From: Roseovarius sp.
GTDB taxonomy: Bacteria; Pseudomonadota; Alphaproteobacteria; Rhodobacterales; Rhodobacteraceae
Direction of reading: 5' to 3'
Length of the DNA stretch: 64,000 nucleotides
NCBI GenBank assembly: GCA_029212365.1
Contig: JARGOC010000010.1
Span: 13,441 to 77,440, forward strand
A program made the position numbers and the translations under genes. The notes under the pieces were generated by a model that saw only the letters and a program-made list of their open reading frames with translations, had not been told where the DNA came from and did no database searches. Below, one piece after another: positions 49,711 to 60,605 of this stretch (position 1 is its first letter; each line of letters starts with the position of its first letter).

Positions 49711-50088
49711 CTAATCGTCGTCGCGGTTGTGGGAATAATGTCTAAGGTCTGCAAAAGGTGGCAGCCAGCCCTCGCGGCGGATGGTCCAGCTTTCGTAGCT
49801 GGGCACAAGCTGGTCAGGAGCGTCCAGCGCGCCCAGGTGCAGCTCGATTTCTGCGCCAGTGCACGCAAACACAGACGACCCGCAGTCAGGGCAAAAGTGG
49901 CGTCCCTTATAGGCGTTTGTCTTGCCTGTGATCGTCACGGCGGTGTCGGGGAAAATCGCAGCAGCATAAAACAGCGCGCCATGGTGTTTGCGGCACTCAA
50001 GACAATGGCAGATGCCAACACGGTCAGGGTGCCCCGTGGCCACAACCGAGACTTTGCCACAAAGGCAGCCGCCGGTGTACTGCGTCAT
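49711..50088 (-). CDS. GFA-family (CENP-V / glutathione-dependent formaldehyde-activating-like) zinc protein
   Basis: 125 aa. GGCLCGKV...CHCLECRKHHG...FCPDCGSSVF Cys motifs. Confidence 0.85.
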   Translation of the reverse strand: MTQYTGGCLCGKVSVVATGHPDRVGICHCLECRKHHGALFYAAAIFPDTAVTITGKTNAYKGRHFCPDCGSSVFACTGAEIELHLGALDAPDQLVPSYESWTIRREGWLPPFADLRHYSHNRDDD

Positions 50089-50168
50089 GTCAGGCCTCCT
50101 TGCAACTCACGTCACTCAGAAGTCTGCACCACTGTGACGTCGGCGTCCATTGCCGCTGCGCGGGCCGT

Positions 50169-51773
<1,605 letters not shown>

Positions 51774-51836
51774 CTATGCACGTCATATGAACAGGCGCGA
51801 AGCGGATCAAGCATGATCGCCAGAAAGGACCAAAAG

Positions 51837-52238
51837 ATGAGCCCTGAAACCGAAGAAGGTTGGTATGACCCGGAGGCCACCACCTTTGGGGATCGGCTCT
51901 CGGGGGCGCGCGAAGAGGCGGATATGACCCAAGAGCAACTGGCCAAGCGGATTGGTGTGAAGATCAAGACGATGAAGGCCTGGGAGAATGACCTCTCGGA
52001 GCCGCGTGCGAACCGGCTGTCACATCTGGCGGGCATGTTGAATGTGACGTTGCGTTGGCTGTTGACGGGCGAGGGCACCGGGCCGGGCAACCCTGACGTC
52101 GGGGATTTGTCACCAGATGTGAACGAGTTGCTAGAGGAGTTTCGTGACGTGCAAAATCAACTGACTCTGTCGAGTGAACGTCTGGGGCGTCTGGAGCGCC
52201 AACTGCGCGCCACACTAAAGGTCGAAGCCGTTGACTGA
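51837..52238 (+). CDS. XRE-family helix-turn-helix protein
   Basis: HTH MTQEQLAKRIGVKIKTMKAWENDLSEPRANRLSHLAGMLNV followed by a coiled-coil-like tail. Start is ATG 51837 or 51813. Confidence 0.7.
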   Translation: MSPETEEGWYDPEATTFGDRLSGAREEADMTQEQLAKRIGVKIKTMKAWENDLSEPRANRLSHLAGMLNVTLRWLLTGEGTGPGNPDVGDLSPDVNELLEEFRDVQNQLTLSSERLGRLERQLRATLKVEAVD

Positions 52239-52494
52239 GGCGCATGAGGTGCGCCTGAAACGGCTGCAAATGCGCTCGATGCGGCGCGGGATCAAAGAAA
52301 TGGACATCATTCTGAGCCGCTTTGCCCAAGCGCGGCTGACGGGGATGTCGGGTGCTGATCTGGACCTGTATGAGGCGCTGCTGAATGAGAATGATCATGA
52401 TTTGTATCAATGGGTGACCGGGCAGCTGCCTGCGCCTGATGCGCTGACCCTGATGATTGACGACATTGCGGCACTGGTGCATGCGCGCGGATAG
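52231..52494 (+). CDS. sdhE: FAD assembly factor SdhE (succinate dehydrogenase assembly factor 2 / DUF339)
   Basis: 87 aa. RSMRRGIKEMDIIL..F......DLDLYEALL...D.DLY.W pattern. Overlaps the upstream gene by 8 nt. Confidence 0.8.
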   Translation: MTEAHEVRLKRLQMRSMRRGIKEMDIILSRFAQARLTGMSGADLDLYEALLNENDHDLYQWVTGQLPAPDALTLMIDDIAALVHARG

Positions 52495-52622
52495 AAATTG
52501 ACCTGTGGCGGTCGCGCCAAAAATCAAATGGATTGCATTTTAGGCGTTTATCGCTCGATTTAACTGAATATTACGCAATTTGCCTCACGTTCCTGTTTGA
52601 GCAGTATGGAACGGAGACGGAA

Positions 52623-53123
52623 ATGAGTTTGCACACGGACCTCAGCCCGCCGGTTGATCAGAAAAATTTCATGGCGGGTTATTTGGATGCACTGGCATTG
52701 GTAGAACGGCTGCATCGTTTGTTGCTGGATGTCATCAAGGATGAGTTTGAGCGGGTGAATATGCTGGAGATTAACGCTGTTCAGGCGCTCTTGTTGTTCA
52801 ACATCGGCGAAAACGAAGTGACCGCAGGTGAGTTGAAGACACGCGGTTACTATCAGGGATCAAACGTCAGCTATAACCTGAAGAAACTGGTGGAAATGGG
52901 CTATATGCATCACCAGCGCTGTGAGATGGATCGCCGCTCGGTCCGGGTCCGGCTAACGGAAAAAGGCCGCGGCGTGCGTGATGTGGTGGCTCAATTGTTT
53001 GCGCGCCACGCCTCGGGCTTGCAAGACAAAGGCGTGCTGGGCACGGATGGAATTGACCAGATCACCGGGTCACTTCGCCGGGTTGAGCGGTACTGGACCG
53101 ATCAAATCCGCTATATCTATTGA
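52623..53123 (+). CDS. MarR-family winged-helix transcriptional regulator
   Basis: Start MSLHTDLSPP (ATG 52623). GELKTRGYYQGSNVSYNLKKLVEMGYMHHQRCEMDRRSVRVRLTEKG is the wHTH region. Confidence 0.8.
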   Translation: MSLHTDLSPPVDQKNFMAGYLDALALVERLHRLLLDVIKDEFERVNMLEINAVQALLLFNIGENEVTAGELKTRGYYQGSNVSYNLKKLVEMGYMHHQRCEMDRRSVRVRLTEKGRGVRDVVAQLFARHASGLQDKGVLGTDGIDQITGSLRRVERYWTDQIRYIY

Positions 53124-53229
53124 TACAGAGCTTTCCTGGCTTGGCGATGCTGGCCGGGGCCTGACTATAGGCGGGATATGCGTGCACGCCATGGGCCTTA
53201 AGTGCCAGCAGCACGGCAGCCAGCAGATT

Positions 53230-53964
53230 TCACCCCTTTTGGTCCGAAGGGGGGGCTGGTGCGAGGTGCTCTAGCCGACCAAACATGATATCATTGACCT
53301 CGCGGAAGAGCTTGCGTGTCATCGCCGTTTGAAAGTCTTCAAACCCGTTGGCAGCGATGACAAATGCGTTGGGCCCGCGCACAATCTGACTTTGGTAATA
53401 GTGCAGTACATCAACGTTCTGAGTAAGAATGGCGAGACCGTTTACCGTGACATCATCAAACGGAAAATGAGCGTATGCCGAGGCAGGCCCGAAGCCATAA
53501 TTGTTGGTCCCGTCGCCTGAAATATCCAGAACCTTACGGGTGCAATCGGGCGCGCGCTCCAGCAAAGTAGCACCATATCCCAGGGCCTGACCGACAGCGG
53601 TGGGAAAGTCATCGTGGCTACGCTCCATCGTTGCCAAGATCCGCACCGCTTCGTCAATGTCATCATCCGAAGCAAGCAACATCCAATCCAGGTGCAGCTT
53701 TTGTTGATTGAAACCGCTCCATTCATAGACCGCCAATGTCACATTGCCCTGCGCACCGCTGAGGATGGCGTGACGCACATCGGGGGCATTCAACGCTCCG
53801 GCCAATCCAACCCTTTGCAGATCATACTCCAACGCATCCACAGATGAGGACACATCCAACGCCAATGCCAAGGCTAAACGACAGTGCTGAGCCTGCGTCG
53901 GGGCCCCCGCCAGCAGAGAAATGGCCAGAAATATTGCGATGCGTATGATCCTCAATGCTGTCAT
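53230..53964 (-). CDS. DUF1194 (vWA-like) secreted protein
   Basis: Signal peptide, LALALALDVSSSVD (MIDAS-like DxSxS), ISGDGTNN. Confidence 0.75.
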   Translation of the reverse strand: MTALRIIRIAIFLAISLLAGAPTQAQHCRLALALALDVSSSVDALEYDLQRVGLAGALNAPDVRHAILSGAQGNVTLAVYEWSGFNQQKLHLDWMLLASDDDIDEAVRILATMERSHDDFPTAVGQALGYGATLLERAPDCTRKVLDISGDGTNNYGFGPASAYAHFPFDDVTVNGLAILTQNVDVLHYYQSQIVRGPNAFVIAANGFEDFQTAMTRKLFREVNDIMFGRLEHLAPAPPSDQKG

Positions 53965-54572
53965 TGCGACAGTTTTTGCAGCCGGGCGCGGGCTGATTCG
54001 TCCAGCCGGGCGTGCAGGATCATGGTGTGATCAAACAGGATATCTTCGGTACGGGTGCCCCAGCCGATGTTGTGGGTCACCAACGGGCGCGTGTTATCGG
54101 CGTTCCGCCGGTTGGATATAATGCCAATATGGGGCAGATTAGATCCCATCAACCGCCAGCTGACGATATCACCTGCTCTAAAATCATCCGGATTGCTGCT
54201 GGGGGGGCGGGCTGCCCCCATGCGGCGCAACAAGGTTTCCTGATTGGGCACACGTCGGTGATCGATATTGCGATCGGTGCTGCTCAGCCCCCAGGTTTTG
54301 GGATATTGGCCAAAGGCCGCTTTCATGTCGCGGTTGATTGCCAGTTGCAAATCAATCCCCCAGGCATCTCGCAGCGCTCGCACTACCACATCACTGCAGA
54401 CACCGCGTTCACGCGGGACATCCCCACCAGGAAACTCCAATCCTTGATAGGACGGGTCATAGATCACCGTGACACCAACCTGCGATTGCGCAGCCTCAGC
54501 CATCGCCAGATCCTGTGCTGCGGCTGGATATGCCAGCCCCAAAATCAGACAGATGGCGGGCCATTTTACCAT
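53961..54572 (-). CDS. DUF1287 secreted protein
   Basis: MVKWPAICLILGLAYPAAAQ signal (alternative ATG at 54599). RGVCSDVVVRALRD...DHRRVPN...GDIVSW...PHIGIIS pattern of DUF1287. The stop overlaps the DUF1194 ATG. Confidence 0.75.
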   Translation of the reverse strand: MVKWPAICLILGLAYPAAAQDLAMAEAAQSQVGVTVIYDPSYQGLEFPGGDVPRERGVCSDVVVRALRDAWGIDLQLAINRDMKAAFGQYPKTWGLSSTDRNIDHRRVPNQETLLRRMGAARPPSSNPDDFRAGDIVSWRLMGSNLPHIGIISNRRNADNTRPLVTHNIGWGTRTEDILFDHTMILHARLDESARARLQKLSQ

Positions 54573-54994
54573 TGGCCCACATTTTCCATACTGGCCCATG
54601 GCTCGGCGGGAGGCAGGTGATCACCCTGCTGCAACAGCTCGATCGAGATGTTGTCGGGGCTGCGCACAAAGGCCATATACCCATCGCGCGGCGGGCGGTT
54701 AATGGTGATGCCATTGTCCATAAGATGCTGACATGTCTCATAAATATTATCCACCTGGTAGGCCAGATGGCCAAAGTGGCGGCTGTCATCGGGCAAGCTA
54801 TCATCGCCATCCCAGTTATAGGTCAGCTCTACCGGGCATTCTTCTTGTCCTGGGGGGGCCATGAATACCAGTGTGAACCGCCCGGCTTCATTGTCCCAGC
54901 GGCGGGTTTCTTTCAGGCCCAGCAGCGCATAAAAATTCATAGATGCCTCAAGATCCTTCACCCGAACCATCGTGTGCAGATATGTCAAACCCAT
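54566..54994 (-). CDS. gloA: Lactoylglutathione lyase (glyoxalase I)
   Basis: 142 aa. LHTMVRVKDLEASMNFY...ELTYNW...FGHLAY.V.....C......G pattern. Confidence 0.9.
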   Translation of the reverse strand: MGLTYLHTMVRVKDLEASMNFYALLGLKETRRWDNEAGRFTLVFMAPPGQEECPVELTYNWDGDDSLPDDSRHFGHLAYQVDNIYETCQHLMDNGITINRPPRDGYMAFVRSPDNISIELLQQGDHLPPAEPWASMENVGQW

Positions 54995-55145
54995 ATGTTT
55001 CTCCTTTGATTGCGAATGATCCTAAGCCCTTTGCGGGCATCGTCCAGCCCTTGGGTTTTGCAACGGCGGGATTTTGCACTGGCGATTGCTTGGCCTCCTG
55101 TCCTATTCTGCCAACAACACAGACAAGTCCCCGGGGGAACCAATC

Positions 55146-55949
55146 TTGCAACAATACCTCGATGCTCTACGCACCGTGCTCGACCAGGGTGAGCATTCAT
55201 CGGACCGGACAGGCACCGGCACCACCTCGTATTTCGGGTTGCAATGCCGCTATCCGCTCAGCGATGGGTTTCCATTGGTCACGACAAAGAAACTGCACCT
55301 GAAATCCATTGTGCATGAGCTGCTCTGGTTTTTGTCAGGTGACACCAATATCCGATATTTGCAGGAAAACGGCGTGTCGATCTGGAATGAATGGGCCGAT
55401 GAAAATGGCGATCTTGGGCCAGTGTACGGCCATCAATGGCGTCATTTTCCATCCGTTAATCAAGGCATTATCGGCGAAGTGGATCAGATCAGCAAGCTGG
55501 TCGAGGCGATCCGCGCAACCCCCGACAGCCGGCGCCTGATCGTATCTGCTTGGAACCCCGGCGAGGTGGATCAAATGGCGCTGCCGCCCTGCCACACTCT
55601 TTGGCAGGTGCGCATCAATGGCGGCAAATTGCACCTTCAGCTGTATCAACGCTCGGCCGATATGTTTCTGGGGGTGCCGTTCAACATTGCATCATATGCG
55701 TTGTTGCAGGCGATGTTGGCGCATGTGACCGGATATGAGCCGGGCGATTTCGTGCATTCCATTGGTGATGCACATATCTACTCCAATCATATGGATCAGG
55801 TGGCCGAGCAGTTAAGCCGCTCACCGGGGCCATTGCCGTCACTGAAGATTAACCGCGATGTCAGCTCGATCTTTGATTTCCGCTATGAGGATTTCACCTT
55901 TGAGGATTACGCGCCACAAGCCGCGATCAAAGCGCCGGTGGCCGTATGA
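55146..55949 (+). CDS. thyA: Thymidylate synthase (ThyA), TTG start
   Basis: (L/M)[30 protein letters not shown] aligns with the ThyA N-terminus. There is no in-frame ATG between the upstream stop and this point. Active-site ALPPCH present. Confidence 0.95.
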   Translation: MQQYLDALRTVLDQGEHSSDRTGTGTTSYFGLQCRYPLSDGFPLVTTKKLHLKSIVHELLWFLSGDTNIRYLQENGVSIWNEWADENGDLGPVYGHQWRHFPSVNQGIIGEVDQISKLVEAIRATPDSRRLIVSAWNPGEVDQMALPPCHTLWQVRINGGKLHLQLYQRSADMFLGVPFNIASYALLQAMLAHVTGYEPGDFVHSIGDAHIYSNHMDQVAEQLSRSPGPLPSLKINRDVSSIFDFRYEDFTFEDYAPQAAIKAPVAV

Positions 55950-56425
55950 TCACGCTGGTTGTTGCGCGCGCCAATAACGGGGCAATTGGGCGCGATGGCG
56001 ATATCCCATGGCACGCCCCCGAAGACCTGAAGATGTTTCAGGCCGAAACCATGGGTGGCGCGTTGATCATGGGGCGCAATACATGGGATAGTCTGCCGTT
56101 CAAACCCCTGAAGGGCCGGATGAATTGCGTTGTGTCGCGAGATAAGTCCCTGACGGAACATGTATTTTCTGATGTTACGTCGGCAATCGAGGCCAGTTAT
56201 GCCGCCGGCTATACCCGTGTGTATGGGATTGGTGGGCAGTCGATTTATTCCGAAATGTTGCCTTTGGCACACCGGCTGTTGCTGACTGAGGTCGATCTGG
56301 ATGTCCCGGATGCAGATGCGTATTTCCCTCAGATAGTGGAAGCCAACTGGTCTGAAACGCGCCGCAAACTGCTGCGCTCAGACGCGCCGCGTTGCACCCT
56401 GCGCGATCTGATCCGCCGTCCGTAG
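55946..56425 (+). CDS. folA: Dihydrofolate reductase
   Basis: 159 aa. [15 protein letters not shown]...T.G..LIMGR.TWDSLP. ATGA overlap with the thyA stop. Confidence 0.9.
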   Translation: MITLVVARANNGAIGRDGDIPWHAPEDLKMFQAETMGGALIMGRNTWDSLPFKPLKGRMNCVVSRDKSLTEHVFSDVTSAIEASYAAGYTRVYGIGGQSIYSEMLPLAHRLLLTEVDLDVPDADAYFPQIVEANWSETRRKLLRSDAPRCTLRDLIRRP

Positions 56426-56450
56426 GGTGGGGTTTCACCCCACCGCCCGT

Positions 56451-57401
56451 CTAATGCAACCGCGCCGCCGTCTGCGATGGCAACTCACCAAACTCAGACT
56501 TGTAGGATTGCGAGAACCGGCCAAGATGCTGAATGCCGCAGGCCAACGCCACATCGGTTACGCTTTGCACCCTGCCGCCGTGCAGCGCACGATAGGCGTT
56601 GCGCAGCCGCGTGCGCCGCAGATAGGCCATGGGCGACAGCCCGGTATGGGCGCGAAAATGCTGGTTTAACGTCCGTCCCGGAACACCAGCAATTTCAACC
56701 AGTTGCGCCAAGGATACCGGTGTATTGGCGAAGCTGTGGATGTAATCCAGCACCCGTTTCACATCGCGTGGGGCGGGGGCAGGTGTCGCCCTGCGCATAT
56801 GCTCCGAATAGGTGTGTGGGCAATAAAACAGCATGGTGCTGGTGATAGCATCCAGAAAGCTGGTGATCCGGGACTCGCTGGTCATGGCGGTTTCATCCTG
56901 CGCATCATCTTCGATCAACATCAGAATGATCTGCCCTACTGCACGGTGCGAGGCGTGTATGAGGTCAAACCCACGTTGAAACGAAAACGGAGCGGTGATG
57001 TCATCGCCGAGATAGGCCGTGAGATAGCGATCTAGGGTGTGTTGTTTCAGGCAAAAACTCAGGGATTTTGTGCGTGCGCGCAGCCTGAGCGGATCGGGGC
57101 AGCTTTGCGAGTACAACTGCCCATCTCTGTTGTGCAATCCAGGGCGGCTTTTCGGCCGGTTTATGATCGGAAGCGCCAGCCAATGATGCGCGTTTTCATT
57201 GCCGATTCTCACGGTCACATCCTCGGAATAGCTGAAATAGAACAGGCTGAAGGCATCACTGTCAAACCCATTGGCTTTGGTGTGGATCTTGGCGTGTCGC
57301 GCACGTTTGGGCGCTGGTTCAAGCGCTACACCCAGCATCTGGTGAACGCCGCGGGTCATTTCAAAATCAGTCGTGTCCAGGAATGCGTATCTGTCGAGCA
57401 T
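56451..57401 (-). CDS. AraC-family transcriptional regulator
   Basis: 316 aa. C-terminal double HTH (SLAQLVEIAGVPGRTLNQHFRAHTGLSPMAYLRRTRL...). Confidence 0.8.
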   Translation of the reverse strand: MLDRYAFLDTTDFEMTRGVHQMLGVALEPAPKRARHAKIHTKANGFDSDAFSLFYFSYSEDVTVRIGNENAHHWLALPIINRPKSRPGLHNRDGQLYSQSCPDPLRLRARTKSLSFCLKQHTLDRYLTAYLGDDITAPFSFQRGFDLIHASHRAVGQIILMLIEDDAQDETAMTSESRITSFLDAITSTMLFYCPHTYSEHMRRATPAPAPRDVKRVLDYIHSFANTPVSLAQLVEIAGVPGRTLNQHFRAHTGLSPMAYLRRTRLRNAYRALHGGRVQSVTDVALACGIQHLGRFSQSYKSEFGELPSQTAARLH

Positions 57402-57588
57402 GGTAACCTCGATAAAAAAGTAGTTTTAATGAGGTTGATCATATCCGATACACGCCCGGCTGGGAAATTTTTTGCGCTGCCAGGGCAGTTTCTTGCCAAA
57501 ACTGGATAATGCGCGAGAAATTCCAGGCGACACGGTGAGGCACGCCCTTTTAGGCTGAAACAACAAATTTCAGCGAAGAGGTATTCAT

Positions 57589-57933
57589 ATGAAACAGATT
57601 TTATTGATAGCGTTGATCGGATTGGCGGCATGCACTCCGGCCAGCATCTCAACTCAACTGGGTGTTACAGTGGGGGGCGTAAAATATGATGTCCGCAGTG
57701 TTGATGGCGATTTTCTCGCTGTTCACGAAGGTACAATTATCTCTGATGAGCACAAAGAGGTGAAAGTGGACGGGAAATGGTACGATTGTCATATCAGTTG
57801 CGCTGCAACGGTCCAGGCTGTTTTGACCAGCAAAGCGGCACTCGCTGCTGAGCGGGAGTCGACTCAGGCCGCGGCAGTAACTGAGGAAGAAGCCGACCGC
57901 AGTGGTGGCAGTGGTGGTGGTGGCGGGTATTAA
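57589..57933 (+). CDS. Lipoprotein (114 aa) with Gly-rich C-terminus
   Basis: GAAGAGG upstream. MKQILLIALIGLAACTP with lipobox LAAC. C-terminal SGGSGGGGGY. Confidence 0.6.
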   Translation: MKQILLIALIGLAACTPASISTQLGVTVGGVKYDVRSVDGDFLAVHEGTIISDEHKEVKVDGKWYDCHISCAATVQAVLTSKAALAAERESTQAAAVTEEEADRSGGSGGGGGY

Positions 57934-57946
57934 TCCCGGGTGTATT

Positions 57947-58034
57947 TTGTACAAAACGAACGTACGAAACGTACGTTTCTAAACACTCCGTTTCCCCCAT
58001 TAAAAATTGACATCGCCCTGTGCATCCGTACCAT
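57947..58034 (+). promoter_or_regulatory. Palindromes TTGTACAA and GAAACGTACGTTTC plus sigma70-like TTGACA-N16-TACCAT
   Basis: TTGTACAA at 57947-57954. Perfect 14-bp palindrome at 57966-57979 (AACGTACG also repeated 9 bp upstream). TTGACA at 58007-58012 and TACCAT at 58029-58034, upstream of the ATG at 58075. Confidence 0.35.
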
Positions 58035-58074
58035 GGTGGCAAGTTGAGACACACAACAAGTAGGTGAGGGCCAC

Positions 58075-58365
58075 ATGAGTATCACAAAATCTATTGTCGC
58101 TGGCGTGACTATTGCGCTGATCGGCACTGCGGCTATGGCCGAAGGGCCGAAGGTTTACCCCTATGCCAGCAAAGACAATTATTGCCCCAACGGCCTTCAG
58201 CCGATCACCATTTCTGGTGTTATCTGCTGTGGAACGCCAACAACCAAGCAATCCTATCAGTCAACCATGGCCCATCCCACTTCGAAGAAACACTACAAAA
58301 AGAAGTATGTGCACAAAGCGCGTTCGGTGGACACCTGCGCTGAAGGAACAAAGGGCTGTTACTAA
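58075..58365 (+). CDS. Small secreted Cys-rich, Lys-rich protein (96 aa)
   Basis: GGTGAGG upstream. Signal MSITKSIVAGVTIALIGTAAMA. Six Cys in the mature part (YCPNG, VICCG, DTCAEGTKGCY) and the basic block SKKHYKKKYVHKAR. Confidence 0.55.
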   Translation: MSITKSIVAGVTIALIGTAAMAEGPKVYPYASKDNYCPNGLQPITISGVICCGTPTTKQSYQSTMAHPTSKKHYKKKYVHKARSVDTCAEGTKGCY

Positions 58366-58518
58366 GTCTTTGATATAAAGCGAAAAAGTTAATAAGGGGC
58401 GCGCCTGTGGCTGCGCCCTTCTTTGTGTCGATTGACCGATGGCAGGGGGCAAAATGTATTGGCTGCCCCATCGCTGGGGCAGGACCTAATCCCGAGAAAG
58501 CCGTCGCAATTTCAGGGG

Positions 58519-58725
58519 TTAGAGCAGTTTCAGATCGGACGCCATCTGGCGCCCATCCCGGCCATCTTCCAGCTCAAAGCTGACTTTCTGATCGTCTGCC
58601 AACCCCGTCAGCCCCGATCGTTCGACAGCCGAGATATGAACAAACACATCCTTGCCGCCATCTTCGGGTTCGATAAAGCCGAACCCTTTTGTTGTATTGA
58701 ACCACTTCACGGTGCCATTTGGCAT
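58519..58725 (-). CDS. cspA: Cold-shock protein (CspA family)
   Basis: 68 aa. [15 protein letters not shown] and DVFVH RNP motifs. Long 5' untranslated region. Confidence 0.95.
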   Translation of the reverse strand: MPNGTVKWFNTTKGFGFIEPEDGGKDVFVHISAVERSGLTGLADDQKVSFELEDGRDGRQMASDLKLL

Positions 58726-58884
58726 GCCGCTTCTCCTTCTTGACGTGTCTTTTCCGGTCAGACCGGATTGCGTGACATAGGGTCACACCCCAGATCATTA
58801 CATTGCTGAAGCAAAAATCAAGGAAAACTCCGTGACCCGCCTCAAATTGCCGGGTATTCACCCCCTAACAAAAGGGAATACAGC

Positions 58885-59199
58885 ATGATACTATATGGCC
58901 TGAAAACCTGTGATACTTGCCGTAAAGCGATGAAATCACTGCCAGAAGCTGAGTTTCGAGATGTCCGTTTGGATGGAATTTCGCCGACGGTGTTAGAATC
59001 TGCTTACGCAGCAGTTGGCGCTGCACTTTTGAACACACGCTCCACCACCTGGCGTGGGCTAAGCGAGGCAGACCGCGCCAAAGATCCTTTGGAATTGCTG
59101 GCCGCCCACCCCAGTTTGATGAAACGCCCATTGATCGAGGTGAAGGGCAAGTTTCATCTGGGTTGGAGTAAACAAACCCAGGATGTGCTGCTTGGATAG
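58885..59199 (+). CDS. ArsC/Spx/MgsR-family (YffB-like) thioredoxin-fold protein
   Basis: 104 aa. MILYGLKTCDTCRKA...LLNTRSTTWR...HPSLMKRPLI. Confidence 0.8.
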   Translation: MILYGLKTCDTCRKAMKSLPEAEFRDVRLDGISPTVLESAYAAVGAALLNTRSTTWRGLSEADRAKDPLELLAAHPSLMKRPLIEVKGKFHLGWSKQTQDVLLG

Positions 59200-59295
59200 A
59201 GGGCCAGCAGGCCCCGTGTCACTGGGGGGGGAGCCGTCACACGGTGGGGGTCATCGTTGGCGTTTTGGCCTTGGCGGCGGGGAAACCGGATGATG

Positions 59296-59847
59296 TTAAG
59301 GTGTATTTTTTGACAATAGGCGGTCCAAGGATAGCGGCCCGGCACCTTTGACGACAATCACCAGCAACAGGAATATCCACAAAGCGCGCTGATCCATGAT
59401 CAGGGAGTCGGGGATTTTGTCGAACCACGCACCAAGTGTTGCAGGTTCATCAATGGCACGGTGGCCAAAAAGATCGGTCAGGGTTTGCATCACGACAAAC
59501 CCGATCATGCCAAGGGCCGACAGCCGCGTCAGCAGGCCGATGACGATCAGCAATGGCAACAGAAATTCAGCCCAGGTGCCCGCCATGACCACCAATGTGT
59601 GAAACAGGGACAACTGGCTGATGTCATATCCCGCGGCCTCCATCGCGCGTGGGAAAATCTGCGCATAGGCCCCGACAGAGGGCGACAGAAAGCCAAAAAC
59701 ACCATCTCCCAGTTTGGTCAGTCCTGAGACCCAGAAATAGAGCAGAAATATCGCTGCAAAAAGAACACGCGCCAGAGTGGGCAACAGCCAATCGGCCCGC
59801 TCTATTCGCTCAAGAACAGTGTTATGCAGGGATATCAGGGCGTTCAT
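59296..59847 (-). CDS. DoxX-family membrane protein, last gene of the MNIO peptide operon
   Basis: 183 aa. Four TM segments with a DoxX-like pattern (LLPTLARVLFAAIFLLYFWVSGLTKL...). The ATG overlaps the stop of the DUF2063 gene (ATGA at 59844-59847). Confidence 0.85.
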   Translation of the reverse strand: MNALISLHNTVLERIERADWLLPTLARVLFAAIFLLYFWVSGLTKLGDGVFGFLSPSVGAYAQIFPRAMEAAGYDISQLSLFHTLVVMAGTWAEFLLPLLIVIGLLTRLSALGMIGFVVMQTLTDLFGHRAIDEPATLGAWFDKIPDSLIMDQRALWIFLLLVIVVKGAGPLSLDRLLSKNTP

Positions 59848-60605
59848 GCAGTATCTCCGGACTTTAGTTGGGTGATTGCCCCATGCGCCAGCAGCAGGCC
59901 GAGCAAGGTGGCGAGGTCAAATTCAGGGTCGTCGTTCAGGGCCGCATCATTGGCGTTTGACAGGGTTTCGCCTGCCATAAGGGCCAGCATGCAGATGGCT
60001 GCGGGTTCTGACAACAGGTGTAGATCAGGGTCAAATTCGGGCCGCAGCACCAGCACAGATTGGGCGGTGGCGGGTGGTTTGGGCGCGCCGTCCTGCATGT
60101 TGAATGTCCAAATACCGTGGATCGGCCAGGGCGAGCGGACAAGCAGGGCGGATGGCGCAAACGTGAACCGTGCCGTGGCCATGTCCTCGGGGGTCAATGC
60201 TTGCAGGTCATGGGCATCAATCGGGGCGGCGTCAGCGGCGTGATAGGACACCCGCATTGCCTGCTCCAGACGGGCGGTATCGGCCAGATACTTTATATGT
60301 TCCAATGGTTTGAACCCGGCCAGAAACGCGGGCATGTCATCACCATATTGCGATAGCATGGGCACCTTGGGCGGGTGTTGGCGCAGGAAAAGCCCTGAGA
60401 TGGCTTTGAAGTTTTCAGCGCCAATCAGCTTGGCAATCACTGGAAAGCTGATCTCCAACGCCTCGGTCAGGGAGGAGGCCACATTGTTGCGATAGACCGC
60501 AAAACGGCTGCCTGCCGGTTGGCCTTGCCCATCGGACAGGCCCAAGGGTACGGGCTGGTCAGGGTCAAGCAGTGCTGTATGGAATTTGGTTTGTGTCACG
60601 CTCAT
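59844..60605 (-). CDS. bufC: DUF2063 protein, partner subunit of the DUF692 enzyme (BufC/MbnC-like role)
   Basis: 253 aa. [16 protein letters not shown]...[23 protein letters not shown]...[23 protein letters not shown] is the DUF2063 N-terminal signature. The ATG overlaps the DUF692 stop (ATGA at 60602-60605). Confidence 0.85.
   Translation of the reverse strand: MSVTQTKFHTALLDPDQPVPLGLSDGQGQPAGSRFAVYRNNVASSLTEALEISFPVIAKLIGAENFKAISGLFLRQHPPKVPMLSQYGDDMPAFLAGFKPLEHIKYLADTARLEQAMRVSYHAADAAPIDAHDLQALTPEDMATARFTFAPSALLVRSPWPIHGIWTFNMQDGAPKPPATAQSVLVLRPEFDPDLHLLSEPAAICMLALMAGETLSNANDAALNDDPEFDLATLLGLLLAHGAITQLKSGDTA

Noticed and set aside
51813-52494. XRE-HTH + SdhE(CptB-like) pair as a toxin-antitoxin module
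   Set aside because: SdhE here has the standard FAD-assembly-factor motif. No YgfX/CptA-like membrane toxin gene is present, and the pairing looks like ordinary housekeeping synteny.
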